Source: Candidatus Segetimicrobium genomatis
Lineage (GTDB): Bacteria > Sysuimicrobiota > Sysuimicrobiia > Sysuimicrobiales > Segetimicrobiaceae
Length of the DNA stretch: 64,000 nucleotides
Assembly (NCBI GenBank): GCA_005882275.1
Contig: VBAK01000137.1
Location: forward strand, 5,363 to 69,362
Direction of reading: 5' to 3'
The position numbers were made by a program, and so were the translations under genes. Positions 1-8,925 of this stretch are shown here, one piece after another (position 1 is the stretch's first letter; each line of letters starts with the position of its first letter). The notes under the pieces were generated by a model, which searched no databases, was not told where the DNA came from, and was given only the letters and a program-made list of their open reading frames with translations.

Positions 1-1284
1 GACCCGCCGGACGTCCACGCCGTCGATCAGCACCTCTCCCCGCTGCGGGTCGTGGAACCGCATCAGCAGGTTGATGATCGAGGTCTTCCCGGCGCCGGTG
101 TGACCGACCACCGCAACGGTCTGCCCCGGCTCGATGGCGAATGACAGCCCCCGCAGCACCCACCCCTCGTCCTCTTCGTAGGCGAACCAGACGTCCCGGA
201 ACTCGATTCGCCCCTGCACCCGAGGCAGCGGGACGGGATCGGGGGGGTCCCGCAGCGTGATCGGCTCGTCGACCAGGCGAAAGATGCGCTCCGAGGAGGC
301 CATCGCCGCCTGGAAGAGGTTGAACTTGTCCGAGATGTCCCGGATCGGCTCGAAGAAGCGGTCGGCGTACTGGAGCGCCGCGACCAGGATCCCGAGCGTC
401 ACGGCCTGCCGGACGACCTGGCCGCCTCCGTACCAGAGCAGCAGCGCGATGGCGATCGTCCCCACCACCTGGATCTCCGGGTAGAATCGCGAGAAGTTGC
501 GCTGGGCGGCGAGGCTGGCCTGCAGATAGTCGTCGTTGCGCGCCTCGAACGCGCGCAGGCTCTGCCGCTCACGGGTGAACAGCTGGACCACCGTCATCCC
601 CATGATCTGTTCGTTCAGGTAGGCGTTGATGCGCGCCAGGCGGGTGCGCACCGCCCGGTAGGCGTCCCGCGCCCGCACCCTGAATCGTTCGGTGATGAGA
701 TAGACGAGCGGCAGCACGGAGAACACCACCAGCGCCAGCCGCCAGTCCATCCACAGCATCACGGCGGTGATGCCGACCAGGGTGGCGATGTCCCCGAAGA
801 TCGCGACGACGCCCGAGGTGATCAGTTCGTTGAGGGCGTCGACGTCGTGCGTGACGCGCGTGAGCAGCCGGCCCACGGGCCAGCGGGCGAAGAACGCCAC
901 CGGCAGCGCCTGGACGTGCCCGAAGATGTGCATCCGCAGATCGGTCATCGCGCGCTGCCCCACGAACTGCATCAGGTAGCTCTGGAGCCACCGGGCGCCA
1001 AACCCGATTCCGAGGATGAGCAGGTAGAGCGCCGCGATCCGCGCCACGCCCCGCAGGTCCGCGGCGGCCGGCCCGGCGTTCACTGACCCCGGTAGGATGT
1101 ACCGGTCGATCGCGATCCGGTAGAGCGAGGGACCCACCAGGTCGGTGGCCGACGCCAGCAGCAGGAGCGCGATGGCCAGCCCCGTCGCGCCGCGGTAGGG
1201 ACGCACGTACCGGAGAAGGCGCCGGATCAGGCTGGCGTCGTAGGTCTTGCCGAGAATCTCGTCTTCCTGGAAACGGACGCTCAT
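1..1284 (-). CDS. ABC exporter, fused permease/ATPase subunit (MsbA/YheH-like), runs off the left window edge
   Basis: Not in the ORF track (no stop in window). Read manually from ATG at 1284 (ATGA overlap with upstream stop): MSVRFQEDEILGKTYDASLIRRLLRYVRPY..., several TM segments, Walker A GHTGAGKTS near position 100. Confidence 0.92.
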   Translation of the reverse strand, partial: MSVRFQEDEILGKTYDASLIRRLLRYVRPYRGATGLAIALLLLASATDLVGPSLYRIAIDRYILPGSVNAGPAAADLRGVARIAALYLLILGIGFGARWLQSYLMQFVGQRAMTDLRMHIFGHVQALPVAFFARWPVGRLLTRVTHDVDALNELITSGVVAIFGDIATLVGITAVMLWMDWRLALVVFSVLPLVYLITERFRVRARDAYRAVRTRLARINAYLNEQIMGMTVVQLFTRERQSLRAFEARNDDYLQASLAAQRNFSRFYPEIQVVGTIAIALLLWYGGGQVVRQAVTLGILVAALQYADRFFEPIRDISDKFNLFQAAMASSERIFRLVDEPITLRDPPDPVPLPRVQGRIEFRDVWFAYEEDEGWVLRGLSFAIEPGQTVAVVGHTGAGKTSIINLLMRFHDPQRGEVLIDGVDVRRV

Positions 1285-3074
1285 CCCTTGGGTTCCTCGA
1301 TCAGGTCCTCGGCCTCGAGGGCTTCCTGGATCAGCTGCTTCTCGTAGAGGTCCGCGTAGAGCCCGCCGGCGGCGAGCAGCTGCGCGTGCGCGCCCTGCTC
1401 GACGATGCGCCCCTCGTTGAGCACCACGATCATGTCGGCGTCCTGGATCGTGGAGATCCGGTGCGAGATGATGATGCAGGTCCGCGACGCCCGGACCGCT
1501 CTCAGGCCGGCGAGGATCTCCGCCTCGGTGTGGGTATCCACGCTGCTCAGCGCGTCGTCGAGGATCAGGATCCTGGGGTCGCGGATCAGCGCCCGGGCGA
1601 TCGCGGTCCGCTGCTTCTGGCCGCCCGAGAGAGTCACGCCGCGCTCGCCGACCACCGTCGCGTACCGGTGGGGGAACTCCTCGACATCCCTGGCGATGCC
1701 GGCGATGGCCGCGGCGCCCGCGATCGCCGCATCGCCGGCGGGGGCTGCGGCGCCGGGGATGGCCCATCCGTCCGCGCCGTCGAAGCCCAGCGCGATGTTC
1801 TCCGCCATCGTGTCGGAAAACAGGAAGGTCTCCTGCGGGACGATGCCGATCGCGCGCCGCAGCGACCCCAGCGAGATCTCCCGGACATCGTGGCCGTCGA
1901 CCAGCACCTGCCCGGAGGAGGCATCGAAGAGGCGGGGGATCAGGTGGACCAGGGTGCTCTTGCCCGCCCCGGTGGGCCCGACGATGGCCACGGTGCTGCC
2001 GGCCGGGATCGTCAGGGTGATCTGGCGCAGTACCGGCGCGGGTCCGTACGCAAACGTCACGTTCCGGAATTCGACCCGGCCGCGCGGGGCCTCGAGCACG
2101 ACGGGGTGGGGGGCGTCCGTGATCTGCGGCGCGCGGTCGAAGATCTCGTCCAGCCGCTCCATCGAGGCCCGCCCCTCCTGCCAGAGGGTGGTGACCCACC
2201 CCAGCGCGATCATGGGAAAGCTGAGCCTGGCCAGGTAGTAGGAGAACTGCACCATCTGTCCCAGCGTGATGCGTCCCCGGATGACATCGCCGCCTCCCTG
2301 CCACAACAGCACGACCGCCGCGACGCCGAGGATCAGCCCGATCACCGGCCAGAGGGCCCCCTGAATCCGCGCCAGCGTCAGGTTGGCCGCGACGAGCTTC
2401 TCGCTCTCGGCGCGGAAGCGCGCGATCTCCGCGTCCTCCTGGGCGAAGGCCTTGACGACGCGGATCCCGCTGAAGTTCTCCTGCGCGCGGGCGGACAGCG
2501 CGCTGAACTGCGCCTGGACCCGGTCGAACCGGCGATGGATCTCCCGCCCCAGGGCCACGAACAGCACCGAGACCAGGGGGAGGATGACCATCGTCCACAG
2601 CGTGAGCCGGACATCGATCGAGAGCATGAAGGCGACGGACACGATCAACATGACGACGGTATGACAGGACCGCATCAACCCCACCCCGGCGAAGCGCTGC
2701 ACGGCCCGGATGTCGTTCACCGCCCGGGCCATCAGGTCGCCGGTCCGCGCCCCCTGAAAGAACCCGAGGTGCATGCGCTGCAGGTGCACGAAATAGTCGC
2801 GGCGGAGCTCCGCTTCGATCTCGAGCGCGGCCCCCAGGATCTGGATCCGCATCGCGTAGCTGAACGCCGCCTCGAGCGCAGCGATGACCACCAGGGCGCC
2901 GGCGTACACGAGCAGCCGCCGGCTCGACGCGCCCCCCCGGATGCCGTCGATGGCCAGCTTGAGCGCCCACGGGGACAGCTGCGTCATCAGGATCGACGCA
3001 AGCACCGCCGCGTACCCCCACACATACGCGCGCCGGTGCCGCCGGATGTATCCCCAGAACCTTCGGCTGAGCAT
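1281..3074 (-). CDS. ABC exporter, fused permease/ATPase subunit (YheI-like), heterodimer partner
   Basis: N-terminal TM domain; Walker A GPTGAGKST, signature LSGGQKQR, Walker B ILILDD (non-canonical D in place of E, typical of heterodimeric exporters), ISHR switch. Confidence 0.95.
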   Translation of the reverse strand: MLSRRFWGYIRRHRRAYVWGYAAVLASILMTQLSPWALKLAIDGIRGGASSRRLLVYAGALVVIAALEAAFSYAMRIQILGAALEIEAELRRDYFVHLQRMHLGFFQGARTGDLMARAVNDIRAVQRFAGVGLMRSCHTVVMLIVSVAFMLSIDVRLTLWTMVILPLVSVLFVALGREIHRRFDRVQAQFSALSARAQENFSGIRVVKAFAQEDAEIARFRAESEKLVAANLTLARIQGALWPVIGLILGVAAVVLLWQGGGDVIRGRITLGQMVQFSYYLARLSFPMIALGWVTTLWQEGRASMERLDEIFDRAPQITDAPHPVVLEAPRGRVEFRNVTFAYGPAPVLRQITLTIPAGSTVAIVGPTGAGKSTLVHLIPRLFDASSGQVLVDGHDVREISLGSLRRAIGIVPQETFLFSDTMAENIALGFDGADGWAIPGAAAPAGDAAIAGAAAIAGIARDVEEFPHRYATVVGERGVTLSGGQKQRTAIARALIRDPRILILDDALSSVDTHTEAEILAGLRAVRASRTCIIISHRISTIQDADMIVVLNEGRIVEQGAHAQLLAAGGLYADLYEKQLIQEALEAEDLIEEPKG

Positions 3075-3102
3075 GATCGTTCTATGGATATTTCTACAGA
3101 GA

Positions 3103-3133
3103 GGACAACGAAATTGTCCCGGCGATTATACCA
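3103..3133 (-). promoter_or_regulatory. Extended -10 promoter (TGGTATAAT) for the ABC pair with an adjacent inverted repeat
   Basis: Reverse complement of attatacca at 3125-3133; palindrome GGACAA-N5-TTGTCC at 3103-3119. Confidence 0.55.
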
Positions 3134-3172
3134 CAGGGTTTCTGCCCAGCAGCCGAGAACACGAGACCGTCG

Positions 3173-3763
3173 ATGAGAGGAAACGCCGTGGTCGTGATCC
3201 TGGTTCTCGCGGTCGGGGGGATCCTGCCGGGGACTGCCGGCGCGGCGCCGTCCTCCCGTTCTGTGGGCGTGGTCGACTTCTATGCGCCGACCCCGCTCGG
3301 GACCTTCTCCGGCCTGGTGCCGGAGCGGTTCGCCGCCGACGAGTTCTCCAAGATGCTGAGCGGCGCAGCCGCGGGGCGGTTCACCGTGATTCCCCGCAGC
3401 GCCATGGGACAGGCGGAAGCGGCGGTGGGCTGGCGGGATGGGGATGTGCTCCACTTCGACCGGCTGGGCGCGCTGGCCCAAGCCGCGGGGGCCGACCGGC
3501 TGGTGGTGGGATGGATCTCGCACCTGGTCGTCGTCACGGGCGCCACCGGAACGAACACGCCCCCCGACGACAGCGGCCCGCCGATGGCGGATGCCTCGCT
3601 CGTGCTTCAGGTCTTCGATGCCGCGCGGGGGCGGCTGGTGGCGGAGACTCAGCGTTCGGCGAACGAAATCGGCGGCAGCCGCGCCATCCTCGCCGAGCGG
3701 ACGCTGCACCACGCCCTGGAGCCCGCGCTCCTCCCAATCGTCGGCGCGCTGACGACCCCGTAA
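3173..3763 (+). CDS. Secreted hypothetical protein, possibly CsgG/TolB-N-like alpha/beta fold
   Basis: Signal peptide MRGNAVVVILVLAVGGILPGTAGA; pattern VGVVDF...GRFTVIPR...GADRLVVGWI...LQVFDAARG. Confidence 0.65.
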   Translation: MRGNAVVVILVLAVGGILPGTAGAAPSSRSVGVVDFYAPTPLGTFSGLVPERFAADEFSKMLSGAAAGRFTVIPRSAMGQAEAAVGWRDGDVLHFDRLGALAQAAGADRLVVGWISHLVVVTGATGTNTPPDDSGPPMADASLVLQVFDAARGRLVAETQRSANEIGGSRAILAERTLHHALEPALLPIVGALTTP

Positions 3764-3811
3764 GCCTGCGATCCCAACGCCCGAGCCCTGCCTGCGGCCG
3801 CCGGCGGATCC

Positions 3812-4639
3812 TTAGTCCCGGTTTCCGAGCCCCATTGATCGCAAGTGGGCGGAGACGATCTCGGCCAGGCGGTCCACCTCGGCGTTGAGGACCTTCCGGC
3901 CCAGGTCGGGGGCGGCATCCCGGGGATCGGCCTCCCGGCGCAGGGTAAAATCCGGTGTCGGGTTCCCGTCGAACGCTTTGCCGTCGACGACGCCGTAGTC
4001 CCGGTACCGCAGCGGAACGTCCGTCGGCGGGAGCGAGGCCACATCGACGAGCTCGGGGCGCATCGCCATCATCAGGGACGTTTCGATTTTCTCGGCGTGC
4101 CCGGGATCGGAAAGCGGCGGCGCGCCCGGCAGGAAGGCCATCGTGTACTCGACCCGGACGGTGGGGCGCTCGGACTCCTCCGCCGCCAGGCGCCGCAGCG
4201 TCCGCTGGTGGTTGACGGCGCCGTGTCCGTTGACGATCACCACGAGCTTGTAGCCATCCGCTTTGAGCAATCGCAGGATCTCCCGGACGGTCACCGCGAA
4301 CACGCCTTCCTCGAAGTAGAGGCTCTTGACGGGGAACTCCGGGAAATCCATCCCGACGACCCGCTCGGTGCCGTTGAACCCCAGGACGGCGAGCCCCTGC
4401 GCCTGCTGATCGTTGAGCCGGACGGTTTCCGTCCCGACAAAATAGGTCGGCAGCACGATCCCGCCGATCCGCCGCGCGACCTCCACGGCCACTTCGTGGG
4501 CGTGCAATCCGTCCGTGCCCAGCGGAAGGTGCGGTCCGTGCCACTCCAGCGGCCCGATGGGCACGAAGGCGAGCGGGACCCGGTCTCGCTCCTTCACGAT
4601 GTCCGGCGGGCGCATCAATTCGTACTCGATCCTACGCAT
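3812..4639 (-). CDS. Creatininase-family amidohydrolase
   Basis: Motifs PIGPLEWHGPHLPLGTD, VNGHGAVN, GHAEKIETS. Start reassigned to ATG 4639 (MRRIEYELMRP) downstream of GGGGAGG. Confidence 0.9.
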   Translation of the reverse strand: MRRIEYELMRPPDIVKERDRVPLAFVPIGPLEWHGPHLPLGTDGLHAHEVAVEVARRIGGIVLPTYFVGTETVRLNDQQAQGLAVLGFNGTERVVGMDFPEFPVKSLYFEEGVFAVTVREILRLLKADGYKLVVIVNGHGAVNHQRTLRRLAAEESERPTVRVEYTMAFLPGAPPLSDPGHAEKIETSLMMAMRPELVDVASLPPTDVPLRYRDYGVVDGKAFDGNPTPDFTLRREADPRDAAPDLGRKVLNAEVDRLAEIVSAHLRSMGLGNRD

Positions 4640-4700
4640 CAGGCATGCCTCCCCGTTCGATCGGCCCCGTCGGCGTTGCCGTTGATGATCAGCGCGCCGC

Positions 4701-6152
4701 TCACAGCGCCGTCGGAGAGCCAAGGCTGGCTGCGCCCTGAGGGGATGCCGGGCCCCCAGGTTCGTAAAACAGCACGGCCCGCTGCTCCGTGAGCGCGTGG
4801 TGGACCGCGGCGATGTCCACCCGGCGCGGGGCGACGCCCTCCCGGCAGCTCAGAGCGGCGATCGTGCCGGCCGCGTGCCCGGTCGCCATGCACACGGCCT
4901 GTCCGCGCACGGAGCCGGCGGCCTCATGGGAGGCGGAGATCGCCCGGCCCGCCACGACGACCCCATCGATCTCCGCGGGGACCAGGCAGCGAAACGGGAT
5001 TCCGTACGCCCGCTCGATCCGGCGCAGCGTGACGCCGCCGCCGCCCACCGTCGTCCCGAGCACCTCCGCCCCGGCGTGGACGTCGTGGAGATCCACCGGG
5101 TAGGCCCCGCGGGCGACCGTGTCCGGAAAGTCGCGGCCGGACAGCACGTCGTCGAGCGTCAGCGTGTACCCGCCGAGGATGTGCCGCGTCTCCCTGACGC
5201 CCAGCTGATAGGCGGAGTCGAGCAGCCAGGCGCGCTCGAACCCGGGAACGCGTCGACGGAGGAACCAGAACACTTCGAACATCTGCCGCTGCGTCTCGAT
5301 CTCGGCCCGGCTCACCGCATCAGGATCCGTTCCGTCGACCCCGTGCACCCGTGTGGCGTTGATCGTCACCACCCCGGGAACCGGGCCGGTCTCCACGCCG
5401 ATCCGATCGCGGGGCACCGTCAGCTCCCCGGCGGCGCGCGACCGCGCCACGAGCGACGGGAACGCGTCCATGACCACGGAGGTGGTGCGCAGGTCTTCCG
5501 CCGTGTATCCGGAACCGTCCCAGCGCTCCGGCAGGTCCATCTCCTCGGGGTGCGCCCGCAGGTAGGCGAACATCGTCTCGATGTCGACGCCGGCCACGCG
5601 GAAGATCCGGGTCGCCGGCTGCATGACGCCGTCGCGCCCGCGGCCGAGCACGAATCGGGCGCCCGCCCGCGCCGCAACGTCACCATCGCCCGTGGCGTCG
5701 ACGATCGCCCGCGCGGGCAGGAGCTCGATCCCCGCCTTGTTGGCGAGGACGAGACCCCGTACCCGCCGTTCCTCGACCAGCGCGTCCGCGCAAACGGTGT
5801 GCAGCAGGAACCGCACCCCGGCCTCCACCAGCATCGTGAGGAGCACGTGCTGCAGCGCGAGCGGGTCGGCCACGGTCACCGAGCCGACCTGTTTGTCCGG
5901 GCGATCCGCGAACGCCGCGCCGAGCGTTTGGAGGCGCTCGAACATCTCGGCGCCGATCCCCCCGAGCGCCCGCCGGCCGCCCGCGTCGCTCACGCCGAGG
6001 AACGACATCCCGGTGGACGCCATCCCGCCGACGCGGCCGTACTGGTCGACCAGGAGGGTTCGGGCCCCCGTGCGCGCGGCGGCGATCGCCGCGATTGCGC
6101 CCGCGGTGCCTCCTCCGCAGACCACCACGTCCGCCTCAGCGCGCGTGCGCAT
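4701..6152 (-). CDS. FAD-dependent oxidoreductase (FAD_oxidored/PF12831-like)
   Basis: VVVCGGGTAG dinucleotide fold, IVDATGDGDVAARAG, GVRETRHI, YGIPFRCLVP, GRAISASHEA. Confidence 0.9.
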   Translation of the reverse strand: MRTRAEADVVVCGGGTAGAIAAIAAARTGARTLLVDQYGRVGGMASTGMSFLGVSDAGGRRALGGIGAEMFERLQTLGAAFADRPDKQVGSVTVADPLALQHVLLTMLVEAGVRFLLHTVCADALVEERRVRGLVLANKAGIELLPARAIVDATGDGDVAARAGARFVLGRGRDGVMQPATRIFRVAGVDIETMFAYLRAHPEEMDLPERWDGSGYTAEDLRTTSVVMDAFPSLVARSRAAGELTVPRDRIGVETGPVPGVVTINATRVHGVDGTDPDAVSRAEIETQRQMFEVFWFLRRRVPGFERAWLLDSAYQLGVRETRHILGGYTLTLDDVLSGRDFPDTVARGAYPVDLHDVHAGAEVLGTTVGGGGVTLRRIERAYGIPFRCLVPAEIDGVVVAGRAISASHEAAGSVRGQAVCMATGHAAGTIAALSCREGVAPRRVDIAAVHHALTEQRAVLFYEPGGPASPQGAASLGSPTAL

Positions 6153-6236
6153 GCCGTCCCCCGCGCGGCCGCTGCGGCCGCCTCACCCCGTTCGCTTCGC
6201 CGAAGATGCCCCGGCGCCCGCCGGTGCCGGTCCGGC

Positions 6237-7679
6237 TCATTCCAGGCGTTCGGGCGATGGCCCGAGACGGCTTAGCAGATCCAGATCGACGCCGAGGGCC
6301 CTGAGCGCGGCCTGGACGGCCCGGACATCGACCTGCCGCGGCGGCGCACCGGCCCGCGCCGCCAGCGCTCCCGCGACGCCGGCGGCGACCCCAGAGGCCA
6401 TCGCGGTGCCCTGGTTGCGGGTGTAGACGTCGGCGTGGTGATCCACGGACAGGCAGCGGCCGGCCACGAGGAGACCTTCGATGTCCCGGGGAACCAAACA
6501 GCGGTATGGGATCTCGTAGACAAACATGCGGGCGATGAGGTGCCGCGCCTCGACGTCCTGCGGTCCGCCCTCCTTGCCGTCCGGAGGGTGGCCGCCCTGC
6601 TGGCGCGGATTCTGCTGGTTGGCGTCGACCCCCACCGCGTCGTCGTAGTGGCGGCCGGCGAGAATGTCGTCCTCGGTCATCACGTACCCGCCCCGGATGC
6701 GGCGTGTCTCGCGGACGCCGATCGTGCTCGCGGAATCGAGGATGAACGAGTGCTCGAACCCCGGGATGTCCCTGCGGGCGAACGCGGCGAGCTGGATCAT
6801 CTGATGCCGGGTTTCGATCTCGGCCCGGGACAGGTCTTCCCCCCTCGTCCCATCGACGCCGTAGACGCGCGTGGCGTTCACGGTGAGCACGCCCCGCTCG
6901 GGCAGCACCGACTCGACCCGGAAGTAGTAACAGTCCGGCCAGAGCTCGCCGCGGACCTTGGCGTCTTCGACCAGCTTGAAGAAGCCGAACACGCGGATCA
7001 TGTGATGGTCGAGGTCCAGCATGCACTGGAGGGGATCGGGCGAGAAGTCGTCGGGATGGGACTTCACGTAGTCGACCAGCCGGGGGACATCGACGCCCCC
7101 CATGCGGAAGATCAGCGTCATGGGCCGCATCTTGCCGTCTTCCTCGCGACCCTTGACGAAGGGGGCGCCCGCGCGGGCGGCTACGTCGGCGTCGCCGCTG
7201 GCGTCGATCGTCACGCGGCCGAGGATGGCCTGGCGCCCCGACTTGTTCTCCACCACGATGCCGCGCAGCACCGCCCCGTCGAGGATGACGTCGCTCACGA
7301 GCGTGTGCAGCAGGACGTTGACGCCGGCTTCCGCCAGCATCTCGAGCGCCGTGATCTTGTACAACTCGGGATCGTAGACGACGAACTCACCCGGGATCGC
7401 CCCGCCCCTGGCGATGAGGCGGTCGAACAACTCGCGCACGAGTCCCCGGGACGCCGCGTACGGGACGTAGAAGAGGTTCATCATCGCGGCGGTGCCCGTT
7501 CCGCCGAGGGATCCGAAGCGCTCGACGAGCAGCGTCGGCGCCCCGCTGCGCCCGGCCGCGAGGGCGGCCATGACGCCCGCGATGCCGCCGCCCACCACGA
7601 GCACGTCCGTGGTCAGCGCCACCGGGATCTCCCGCGCCGGCTCCGCGACCCGCCCGGCCTGGTCGATCACCGCCGCCAC
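6237..7679 (-). CDS. FAD-dependent oxidoreductase (PF12831-like), paralogue of 4701-6152
   Basis: VLVVGGGIAG, IDASGDADVAARAG, GVRETRRI, YEIPYRCLVP. Start set at GTG 7679 after GGAGGT. Confidence 0.9.
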   Translation of the reverse strand: MAAVIDQAGRVAEPAREIPVALTTDVLVVGGGIAGVMAALAAGRSGAPTLLVERFGSLGGTGTAAMMNLFYVPYAASRGLVRELFDRLIARGGAIPGEFVVYDPELYKITALEMLAEAGVNVLLHTLVSDVILDGAVLRGIVVENKSGRQAILGRVTIDASGDADVAARAGAPFVKGREEDGKMRPMTLIFRMGGVDVPRLVDYVKSHPDDFSPDPLQCMLDLDHHMIRVFGFFKLVEDAKVRGELWPDCYYFRVESVLPERGVLTVNATRVYGVDGTRGEDLSRAEIETRHQMIQLAAFARRDIPGFEHSFILDSASTIGVRETRRIRGGYVMTEDDILAGRHYDDAVGVDANQQNPRQQGGHPPDGKEGGPQDVEARHLIARMFVYEIPYRCLVPRDIEGLLVAGRCLSVDHHADVYTRNQGTAMASGVAAGVAGALAARAGAPPRQVDVRAVQAALRALGVDLDLLSRLGPSPERLE

Positions 7680-7772
7680 TGCGACCCACCTCCGCATGCG
7701 CCGGGATGCCTGCCGGCCGCACACCCGCAGGAGACCGTCTGCGGGCCGCGCGCGTCGCGCCGCAACACGCCC

Positions 7773-7837
7773 ATGCTAACAACCGGCCGGAGCGAATGTC
7801 AAATCGGTTTGACACTGCCGCCGTTCGCCGTCACAAT
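7773..7837. promoter_or_regulatory. Back-to-back sigma70 promoters with a LacI-type operator
   Basis: Palindrome TGTCAAATCGGTTTGACA at 7797-7814 with central CG. Plus strand: TTGACA(7809-7814)-N17-CACAAT. Minus strand: TTGACA(7802-7797)-N18-TAGCAT with an extended TG. Confidence 0.75.
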
Positions 7838-7899
7838 GTGTCACAATATATCCGTGTCATACGCGTGAAGGGACGGCGCGGCTGACCGGGGGGACCTTG

Positions 7900-8925
7900 A
7901 TGCCAAAGTCTGTAAACCGCCTTCGAGACGTAGCGCGCCTCGCCGGCGTATCGGTGCCGACGGCGTCCCAGGCGTTGAACGGACGGGCGAGGATCAGCGA
8001 CCAGACGCGCATGCGCGTGGCGGAAGCCGCGCGCCGGCTCCGGTATGCGCCGCACGCCGCCGCCCGCCGTCTCATCCTGGGGCGCTCCAACTCGGCGGCC
8101 ATCGTGCCCGGCTCCAACATGACCGGCATCTTCTCGGACCTCTTCTACCGCGCCGTCCTGGCCGGGGTCGGCGGCGTCTTCGAGGCAGCGGGCTACCGGA
8201 TGCTGATCACCCCGCCGCTCCGATCGGCGTTGCAGCCGCCTCAGTTCGTCGAGATGGCGAGCGCCCGCGAGATCGACGGCGTGCTCATCGCGGGCGACGT
8301 CGACGGCCGGTGGGTGAAGGACACGATGGACACCGGGACGCCGGTCGTGCTGCTTGACAACTACCTCCCGGGCAAACCGGTTCCCGCGGTCGTGAACGAC
8401 AACACGGGGGGAGCCTACGGCGGGACCCGCCACCTGGCCGCGCTGGGACACACCCGGATCGGCTTCGTGGGCGCCGCCGTCGACTACCCATTCGGGGGCG
8501 AAACGCACGACGGATACCGTCGCGCGCTGGCAGACGCCGGCCTCCCGGTGGATCCCGCGCTCGAGATCAACGTTCCCATCGATGCGGAGGCCGCGCGTGA
8601 AGGCGCGGGCGTGCTGCTGGCGCTGGCCGATCCGCCCTCGGCCATCTTCGCCGTGACCGACATGCTGGCGCTGGGTGTGACCACCGCGGCCCGGGAGCGC
8701 GGCCTGGCCATCCCCGCCGAGCTCTCGGTCGTCGGGATGGACGACATCGACCTGGCCGTGGTCACCAACCCGCCCCTGACCACCGTGCGCATCGCGAAGG
8801 AGGAAATGGGCCGGCGGGCCGCCCGGATGCTCCTCGATCTCATTCGCGGGGACGACGTCGACCCCAGAGTAGTCATCCTGCCCACTGAGCTCGTCGTCCG
8901 GGGCACGACCGGAGGACGCCGATGA
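7900..8925 (+). CDS. LacI-family transcriptional regulator
   Basis: HTH LRDVARLAGVSVPTASQALNG, hinge YAPHAAARRL, C-terminal periplasmic-binding-like domain (SVVGMDD, PPLTTV). Confidence 0.95.
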   Translation: MPKSVNRLRDVARLAGVSVPTASQALNGRARISDQTRMRVAEAARRLRYAPHAAARRLILGRSNSAAIVPGSNMTGIFSDLFYRAVLAGVGGVFEAAGYRMLITPPLRSALQPPQFVEMASAREIDGVLIAGDVDGRWVKDTMDTGTPVVLLDNYLPGKPVPAVVNDNTGGAYGGTRHLAALGHTRIGFVGAAVDYPFGGETHDGYRRALADAGLPVDPALEINVPIDAEAAREGAGVLLALADPPSAIFAVTDMLALGVTTAARERGLAIPAELSVVGMDDIDLAVVTNPPLTTVRIAKEEMGRRAARMLLDLIRGDDVDPRVVILPTELVVRGTTGGRR

